NCBI GenBank assembly: GCA_026395955.1
Contig: JAPLXR010000006.1
Coordinates: 87,259 to 151,258 of the forward strand
Direction: 5' to 3'
DNA: 64,000 nt
Source of the DNA: Candidatus Nomurabacteria bacterium
GTDB taxonomy: Bacteria; Patescibacteriota; Minisyncoccia; Phycocordibacterales; UBA9973
Shown here: positions 57,921 to 64,000 of the stretch, one piece after another
How positions within the stretch are numbered: position 1 is the stretch's first letter
How the letters are laid out: each line of letters opens with the position of its first letter
Program-made: the position numbers and the translations under genes
The notes under the pieces: model-generated
What the model saw: only the letters and a program-made list of their open reading frames with translations
Databases searched by the model: none
Told to the model about the DNA's origin: nothing

Positions 57921-59576
57921 ATGTCTAAAGAAAATACAAAATATATTTTTGTGGTAGGTGGTGTTATTTCTGGGGTCGGAAAAGGTATTACTTCTTCATC
58001 AATAGGTCTGATATTAAAAAATCGCGGTCTAAATGTGACCGCGATTAAAATTGATCCATATATCAATGTGGATGCAGGAACAATGAATCCTACAGAACAC
58101 GGAGAAGTTTTTGTTTTACCTGATGGTGATGAGACTGATCAAGATATGGGAAACTATGAAAGATTTTTAGATATTAATCTTACTCGTACAAACTATATGA
58201 CTACTGGTCGTGTATATCAAGCCGTTATTGAGAAAGAACGTAACTTAGAATACAAAGGTAAATGCGTACAAGTCGTTCCTCATATACCGATGGAAATAGT
58301 CAGTCGTATTAAAAAAGCTGCAACAGATGCAAAAGCTGATGTAGTTATGATTGAAATAGGTGGAACTGTCGGAGAATATGAAAATATTTTATATTTAGAA
58401 GCTGCTAGAATGTTGAAAATTGAAAATCCACATGATGTGACTTTTGTAATGGTTTCATACTTACCGACACCATCAAAGGTAGGAGAAATGAAAACAAAAC
58501 CAACTCAACATGCTTCACGTTTACTCAATGGTTCTGGAATTCAAGCAGATATTTTGATTGCTCGTGCTGATACACCTCTCGACGAGAAAAGAAAAGAAAA
58601 ACTCGCAATGTTTTGTAATATTCCGGCAGATAGAATTATTTCTGCTCCAGACATAGAAAGTATTTATGACGTTCCAATAAATTTTGAAAAAGAAAAATTA
58701 TCTGACAAACTTTGTGAAATAATGGGTGTAATTTGTAAAAAGCCAGACGAGAAGAATTGGGTTGGCTGGAAAACTTTTGTAAAAAAAGTACACAATTCAA
58801 AAGAAACTTTAAATATTGCTATGATTGGTAAATATTTTGAAACAGGAGACTTTGTTCTTTCTGATTCATACCTTTCTGTTATAGAAGCTGTAAAATATTC
58901 TGCTTATATGCAAAATAAAAAACCAGTTATTTCTTGGCTTAATTCTACAGATTTCGAGAAATCTCCAGCAAAATTAAAAGAATTAAAAAAATACGACGGT
59001 ATAATAGTTCCTGGTGGTTTCGGATCTCGCGGAGTTGAAGGAATAATCAATGTTATTAAATATGCTCGTGAAAATAAAATTCCATATTTTGGACTTTGTT
59101 ATGGTATGCAATTACTTGTTATTGAATATTCTAGAAATGTGCTCGGTCTCAAAGATGCAAATACTGCAGAAGTAAATCCTAATTCAAAAAATATGGTTGT
59201 CGACGTTATGGAAAGTCAAAAAGAACTTTTGAAGAAAAATTCTTATGGAGGATCTATGAGGCTCGGTGATTATAAGGCAGTATTGGGCAAAGGAACTATA
59301 GCAGAAAATGCTTATGGTAAAAAAGAAATTATAGAACGTCACAGACATCGTTATGAAGTAAATAATGCCTATGTCGAAAGTTTAGAAAAGAAAGGTTTGG
59401 TTTTTTCTGGTAAATCTCCAAATGGAAATTTGATGGAAATAGCAGAGCTTCCTAAATCTGTACATCCATTCTTTTTGGCGACACAATTTCATCCAGAATT
59501 CTTAGCTAGACCACTAACACCGCATCCACTTTTCACTGCTTTCATAAAAGCTTGTATAAAAGAAAAGAAAAAATAA
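57921..59576 (+). CDS. pyrG: CTP synthase
   Basis: KYIFVVGGVISGVGKGI N-terminus; C-terminal glutamine amidotransferase motifs GLCYGMQ and HPEF. Confidence 0.95.
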   Translation: MSKENTKYIFVVGGVISGVGKGITSSSIGLILKNRGLNVTAIKIDPYINVDAGTMNPTEHGEVFVLPDGDETDQDMGNYERFLDINLTRTNYMTTGRVYQAVIEKERNLEYKGKCVQVVPHIPMEIVSRIKKAATDAKADVVMIEIGGTVGEYENILYLEAARMLKIENPHDVTFVMVSYLPTPSKVGEMKTKPTQHASRLLNGSGIQADILIARADTPLDEKRKEKLAMFCNIPADRIISAPDIESIYDVPINFEKEKLSDKLCEIMGVICKKPDEKNWVGWKTFVKKVHNSKETLNIAMIGKYFETGDFVLSDSYLSVIEAVKYSAYMQNKKPVISWLNSTDFEKSPAKLKELKKYDGIIVPGGFGSRGVEGIINVIKYARENKIPYFGLCYGMQLLVIEYSRNVLGLKDANTAEVNPNSKNMVVDVMESQKELLKKNSYGGSMRLGDYKAVLGKGTIAENAYGKKEIIERHRHRYEVNNAYVESLEKKGLVFSGKSPNGNLMEIAELPKSVHPFFLATQFHPEFLARPLTPHPLFTAFIKACIKEKKK

Positions 59577-59582
59577 TACAAA

Positions 59583-59615
59583 TAAAAAGACCTTAGAAAT
59601 AAGGTCTTTTTATTT
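59583..59615 (+). terminator. rho-independent terminator after pyrG
   Basis: aaagacctta-gaaa-taaggtcttttt. Confidence 0.75.
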
Positions 59616-59618
59616 GTA

Positions 59619-60083
59619 TTGCCTAAAAAAATACGAAGAGTATACTTGAAATATATGGAACAAAATAACAATGAAAACAAAATAAACTATCAAGGTCATT
59701 ATTATGGAAAAATAATTCGCACTATTTTTATAACTGGTGGGCTTGTAATGCTTATTACTTTTCCATTCTTTAGTAATTTGGTAAATTTACCACTTCCTGT
59801 TTCTATTTTTACAATAATACTTTTCGTTATTATCGGTGGACTTATTAATCCTTTATCAAAATGGATTTTTATAATTGGTTCTATTATTCCAGTACTTGCT
59901 CTGACAATGTTTGAATATTATGCCTTCAATACATATCAACACCTATCAAATGCAAACTCAATGAGTGTCGCATTTTTCTGGATTAACCAAGCTTTAGCTT
60001 TAATGTTTTTCTTTGCTACATACCTATCAGTCAAAACCCTCCGTGCCATGATGCAAGGCAAGATGATAGATGACACTGAATAA
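59619..60083 (+). CDS. hypothetical membrane protein (154 aa)
   Basis: ORF with 4 hydrophobic helices. Confidence 0.4.
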   Translation: MPKKIRRVYLKYMEQNNNENKINYQGHYYGKIIRTIFITGGLVMLITFPFFSNLVNLPLPVSIFTIILFVIIGGLINPLSKWIFIIGSIIPVLALTMFEYYAFNTYQHLSNANSMSVAFFWINQALALMFFFATYLSVKTLRAMMQGKMIDDTE

Positions 60084-60088
60084 TATTG

Positions 60089-60159
60089 CTGCGGGGCTTG
60101 GGGTCGAACCAAGGTTTTCGCTTTCAGAGAGCGACGTCCTACCACTAGACGATCCCGCA
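60089..60159 (-). tRNA. tRNA-Gln (anticodon CTG), minus strand
   Basis: Reverse complement reads tgcggga-tc-gtct...ggac-g-tcgct-ctCTGaa-agcga-aaac-cttgg-ttcgacc-ccaag-ccccgca-g. U1-A72 and G73 are typical of tRNA-Gln. Confidence 0.7.
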
Positions 60160-60234
60160 AAACCATTTAACTACTTAAGAGTAACGCAAAAAAGTTAATT
60201 ATTCAACTTTTGTTTTTTATGCTATTATAATTGC

Positions 60235-60795
60235 ATGTCTATTTTTCGTGATCCAATAATACATTCTGACTTGGAAGTACATGAAGCCAATTCTAAAATG
60301 AATTCTCTTCGTGCTGCTGTACTCGGAGCAAATGATGGAATCGTTTCTGTATCTTCTGTAGTTTTAGGCATGGCTGGAGCAACAAATGTAAAAAATCTTA
60401 TCTTAACAGCTGGAGTAGCGAGTCTTGTCGCTGGAGCTTTGGCTATGTCTGTAGGTGAATATGTATCTGTCAGTTCTCAACGTGATACAGAAAAAGTTTT
60501 AGGAACTCATCCTGACCATCTGACTAATCCTTGGCATGCAGCTTATGCTTCTGGAATTTCTTTTTTCTGTGGAGCCTTGATTCCGATAATTGCTGTTTTA
60601 ATTTCTCCTGCATTTATTCGAATTCCAGTAGTTTTCATTTCAGTATTTTTAGGTTTGATTGTTATGGGTATGCTTTCTGCAAATGCTGGTGGTGCTCATC
60701 GTACTACAGCAGTGATACGTGTTGTTGTTGGAGGTTTGATTGCTATGATAGTTACATTTGGAGTAGGAAAAATATTTGGAGTTATAGGAATATAA
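60235..60795 (+). CDS. VIT1/CCC1-family (DUF125/nodulin-21-like) membrane protein, putative Fe/Mn transporter
   Basis: LRAAVLGANDGIVSVSSVVLGMAGA hallmark and glycine-rich TM helices. Confidence 0.7.
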   Translation: MSIFRDPIIHSDLEVHEANSKMNSLRAAVLGANDGIVSVSSVVLGMAGATNVKNLILTAGVASLVAGALAMSVGEYVSVSSQRDTEKVLGTHPDHLTNPWHAAYASGISFFCGALIPIIAVLISPAFIRIPVVFISVFLGLIVMGMLSANAGGAHRTTAVIRVVVGGLIAMIVTFGVGKIFGVIGI

Positions 60796-60847
60796 TCTTC
60801 ATTTAATCTTCACAAACCTTTTGCTATAGTGGTGATATAATAAATAT

Positions 60848-61306
60848 ATGAATAAAATAATAAATATTTTAGAAAAAAATAGTGGGGCAGTATTACGTTA
60901 TGGAATGTCTTTTGTAATACTTTGGTTTAGTATTCAACAATTTTTACATGCTAATATTTGGACAGCTTATGTTCCAGATAGTGCGGTAGCTATGACACAT
61001 TTGAGCGCTATTACATTGGTTTACTTTAATGCAGTATTTGAATTAGTATTTGGTATTATGCTTGTTTTAGGATGGCAGACACGCCTCGCAGCACTTTTAC
61101 TTTCATTACATCTTTTTGATATTATGTATGTTGTCGGTTATGGAGAAATAGGTATACGTGATTTAGGTTTAGCTATAGCAACATTTGTGATATTTATGAA
61201 TGGAGCAGACTATTTGTGTTACCAAACAAAAGAAGAAACAGAAGAAAAAATAAATTATTCAAATACTACTGTTGGTCAAAATTTACAACAAATTAAAAAA
61301 ATATAA
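60848..61306 (+). CDS. hypothetical membrane protein, possibly DoxX-like
   Basis: 4 hydrophobic helices; weak resemblance only. Confidence 0.35.
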   Translation: MNKIINILEKNSGAVLRYGMSFVILWFSIQQFLHANIWTAYVPDSAVAMTHLSAITLVYFNAVFELVFGIMLVLGWQTRLAALLLSLHLFDIMYVVGYGEIGIRDLGLAIATFVIFMNGADYLCYQTKEETEEKINYSNTTVGQNLQQIKKI

Positions 61307-61316
61307 TAATAAAAAT

Positions 61317-61889
61317 ATGCAAAATCAATCACAAAAAAATTTAGGTTTATTTATCGGTGTCGGAGTAGTCTTTTTAGTTCTACTTTCAACATTTATGTTT
61401 GGTAAGAAAAATGATGTTCCTACAAATAGTAATGGTGACAAAGTCTCTACTCCTGTTAGTAGAAATAATTCTACAGATACTATTTCTTTTAAACCAATTA
61501 CTACAACACCACCTCCAATATCAAATCCTGCTCCAGTTACTAAACCAGTGGTATTAACACCACCACCTCCAGTAGTTACAACAAAACAATCTGTTTATAA
61601 AGATGGTTCATATTCAGCTACAGGATCTTATAATTCTCCTGGAGGATATGATGAACTTGGAGTTTCTCTTGTGTTAAAAAATGATACTATTACTGATATA
61701 AATGTAACTAATATGGCAGGAGATGGTACTTCTTCAAGATATCAGGACAGATTTATTTCTGGTTACAAGCAATACGTAGTTGGTCAAAAAATAGATGATA
61801 TCTATTTATCTAGAGTTTCTGGTGCTTCTCTAACACCAATTGGATTCAATGATGCTCTCGATCAAATAAAGTCAAAAGCAAAAGCATAA
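61317..61889 (+). CDS. secreted FMN-binding-domain protein (NqrC/RnfG-type FMN_bind), P/T-rich linker
   Basis: Signal/TM anchor, PPPISNPAPVTKP linker, C-terminal YKDGSYSATGSY...SRVSGASLTPIGF, which resembles the [S/T]GA[S/T] flavinylation motif. An ApbE gene lies directly downstream. Confidence 0.6.
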   Translation: MQNQSQKNLGLFIGVGVVFLVLLSTFMFGKKNDVPTNSNGDKVSTPVSRNNSTDTISFKPITTTPPPISNPAPVTKPVVLTPPPPVVTTKQSVYKDGSYSATGSYNSPGGYDELGVSLVLKNDTITDINVTNMAGDGTSSRYQDRFISGYKQYVVGQKIDDIYLSRVSGASLTPIGFNDALDQIKSKAKA

Positions 61890-61896
61890 AATATTT

Positions 61897-62763
61897 ATGA
61901 TTGAATTTAGCTTTGAAGGTATAGGTACAAAATGGCAGATTGAAATATATCAAGAGTTAACTAAAGAATCAGAAGAAAAATTATTTTCTAGTATAAAAAA
62001 TAGAATAGATATCTTTGATAAAGATTATTCTCGTTTCAGAGATGATTCTTTGGTTACAAAGATGTCAAAAGAAATAGGTATTTATAATTTACCTTCTGAC
62101 GCTGACCCTATGATGTCTTTGTATTATGATTTATATAAACGTACAGATGGACTTTTTACTCCATTAGTAGGGAATCTACTTTCTGATGCTGGTTATGATG
62201 CTAAATACTCTTTATCACAAAAAAAGGATTTAGAAATTCCTCCAAAATGGGAAGAAGTAATGGATTATAAATTCCCGAAATTAAATATAAAAAAACCAGT
62301 GATATTAGACTTTGGCGCAGGAGGCAAGGGATATTTAATAGATTTAGTTAGTAAAGTAATAGAAGAAAATAATATTTTAAAATATTGTATCGATGCTGGT
62401 GGAGATATTTTATATAAAAATGATACACCTATTCGTGTCGGTTTAGAAAATCCTAAAAATTTTGAAGAAGTTATAGGTTTATATCCACTTACTGGTGGTA
62501 GTATTTGTGGCTCTGCTGGTAGTCGTCGTAAATGGGGAGAGTTTAATCATATAATGAATCCAAAAACTTTAACTCCGGCTACTGAAATTATCGCTGTTTG
62601 GGTTGTGGCTGATATTGCATTACTTGCTGATTCTATAGCAACTTGTTTATTTTTTGTACCAGCAGAAATTTTAAATTCTTTTTATAAGTTTGAGTATATT
62701 CTAGTAAAAGCTGATTTTTCTACCGAAAAATCAGCTGATTTTAAAGGGGAATTGTTTAGTTAG
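61897..62763 (+). CDS. apbE: FAD:protein FMN transferase (ApbE family)
   Basis: ApbE-like motifs (DFGAGGKGYLID, CIDAGGDIL, GSICGSAGSRRKWG). 288 aa. Confidence 0.75.
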   Translation: MIEFSFEGIGTKWQIEIYQELTKESEEKLFSSIKNRIDIFDKDYSRFRDDSLVTKMSKEIGIYNLPSDADPMMSLYYDLYKRTDGLFTPLVGNLLSDAGYDAKYSLSQKKDLEIPPKWEEVMDYKFPKLNIKKPVILDFGAGGKGYLIDLVSKVIEENNILKYCIDAGGDILYKNDTPIRVGLENPKNFEEVIGLYPLTGGSICGSAGSRRKWGEFNHIMNPKTLTPATEIIAVWVVADIALLADSIATCLFFVPAEILNSFYKFEYILVKADFSTEKSADFKGELFS

Positions 62764-62798
62764 TTTTTATCTTTTTTATGCTATACTCATTAGCGTAA

Positions 62799-63386
62799 AT
62801 GGCTTCAAAAATAATAAATTTCGTTAGCTTTATTAAACAAACCATAAAAAACCCACAAATAAATGGTGCGGTTGCTCCTAGTTCTAAAAAGCTAGCTTTA
62901 TTGATAGTTAAAGAGGCAAATTTAAATACTTCAAAAACTATCGTTGAGATTGGACCTGGTAACGGTATTTTTACTGGTGAAATTTTAAAAAGAATTAAAA
63001 AGAAAAATAAATTTTTTGTAATTGAAATAAATGATTTTTTTGTAAATGAATTAAAAAATAAATATCCAGATTTATTAATTTTTCATGATACTGCAGAAAA
63101 TATTGATAAATGTTTGAAAACAATTGATCAAAAAAAATGTGATAGAGTTATTTCTGGTTTACCTTGGACTGCTTTTGATGAAAAAATGCAAAAAGATATC
63201 ATTACTAAAATATATAATTCTTTAGAAATTGGAGGTATGTTTTTAACTTTTTCTTATTTTCCATTAAACAATCTACCAGATGGTAAGAATTTTAAAAATA
63301 TATTAGAGTCTTTTTTTAAAGAGGTTAAAAAAACAAAAGTTGTATCAAATTTCCCACCTGCTTTTGTGTATATTTGTATTAAATAG
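62799..63386 (+). CDS. class I SAM-dependent methyltransferase (KsgA/Erm-like Rossmann motif)
   Basis: VEIGPGNGIFTGEIL motif I. 195 aa. Confidence 0.55.
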   Translation: MASKIINFVSFIKQTIKNPQINGAVAPSSKKLALLIVKEANLNTSKTIVEIGPGNGIFTGEILKRIKKKNKFFVIEINDFFVNELKNKYPDLLIFHDTAENIDKCLKTIDQKKCDRVISGLPWTAFDEKMQKDIITKIYNSLEIGGMFLTFSYFPLNNLPDGKNFKNILESFFKEVKKTKVVSNFPPAFVYICIK

Positions 63387-63427
63387 ACTTCATCTGCAAT
63401 TCATAATTAATGTGATATTATATAAAT

Positions 63428-64000
63428 ATGGTTAAAAATCTTTTAGGTAAAATTAAGTCTTTTTTTATAGCTCATAAAACTATCAGTATTATAATAATTA
63501 TTATCTTGCTTGTTGTTGGATATTATTCGTATAAAAAAATTACTGATACTTCAGGACAAATAAAATATATAACTACTACTGTTCAAAAAGGAACAATTAT
63601 TGCTTCTATTACTGGAAGTGGGCAAGTTTCTGTTTCAAACCAAATTGATATAAAACCAAAAGTAAGTGGTCAAATAATGTGGATAGGTGTAAATAGTGGA
63701 GATAAAGTCAATACAGGACAAGCACTCCTTTCTATCGATTCTACTGATGCACAAAAATCTGTACGTGATGCGCAGGTAGCATTAGATAGTGCAAATCTTT
63801 CACTTGAAAAATTAAAACTTCAAAATTCTGATAGTAACTTAAATAATAGTTTATCAAAAGCATATAGTGATGGGCTTTCTGTTGTATCTAGTACTTTTTC
63901 AGATATTACTTCAGAGATGATAGGACTTAATAACATGTTGTTACAACAAAATCTTTCTTATAATACTGTACACGTAAACGGTCCAACAGCTGTTGCTTAT
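63428..64000 (+). CDS. periplasmic adaptor / HlyD-family membrane fusion protein, 3' end runs off the window
   Basis: N-terminal TM anchor; a biotinyl-lipoyl-like beta segment (IKPKVSGQIMWIGVNSGDKVNTGQALLSID), then coiled coil. The ORF is open to the window end and absent from the ORF track. Confidence 0.5.
   Translation, partial: MVKNLLGKIKSFFIAHKTISIIIIIILLVVGYYSYKKITDTSGQIKYITTTVQKGTIIASITGSGQVSVSNQIDIKPKVSGQIMWIGVNSGDKVNTGQALLSIDSTDAQKSVRDAQVALDSANLSLEKLKLQNSDSNLNNSLSKAYSDGLSVVSSTFSDITSEMIGLNNMLLQQNLSYNTVHVNGPTAVAY

Overview
This is a low-GC (about one third GC) bacterial chromosomal segment with dense, short, mostly co-directional genes. TGA is used as a stop codon (for example at the msrB/msrA junction), so the genetic code is standard (table 11) and not the TGA=Gly code. 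Several core translation proteins are minimal: a 500-aa IF-2, a 295-aa RF2 with no programmed frameshift, and a 4-domain S1. That points to a reduced-genome lineage such as CPR/Patescibacteria, but this is inference only.

Housekeeping content:
- partial mqo, a cold-shock protein, a PIF1/RecD-like helicase, TspO, a P1B-type ATPase
- msrB-msrA, a small ORF plus lexA behind a Cheo-type SOS box, engB, a PurO-like IMP cyclohydrolase, hpf
- lepB-hisS-def-fmt, pth, rpsA, gyrA, infB-rbfA
- an IscS-like desulfurase, clpB, rpmG, PIN-PhoH (phoH2), prfB, ftsE-ftsX-pyrG
- purA, split by a 1-nt frameshift in an A5 tract
- a VIT-family transporter
- eleven tRNAs in three clusters, two of them preceded by decayed tandem 5'-half copies

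Accessory content, most interesting first:
- a tandem array of five small paralogous signal-peptide / two-helix proteins that resemble VirB2/TrbC-type pilins. Directly upstream is a 531-aa Thr/Ser-rich surface protein ending in the same module. No VirB4, VirB6 or VirD4 is present in the window.
- a family of GC-rich hairpin repeats (CCCCCTCTC-loop-GAGAGGGGG plus GGGGGTGAGG). They flank a DUF559 nuclease-fold gene and a hypothetical gene inserted between rpsA and gyrA. One copy doubles as a terminator.
- two giant cell-surface proteins (659 aa, frameshifted in its C-terminal peptidoglycan-binding domain, and 1026 aa with GLUG repeats and an intact peptidoglycan-binding domain)
- an 803-aa secreted metzincin-like protease
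- a secreted FMN-binding protein next to an ApbE flavin transferase
- a GC-rich two-gene compositional island (5099-6059)
- several very small ORFs with their own terminators
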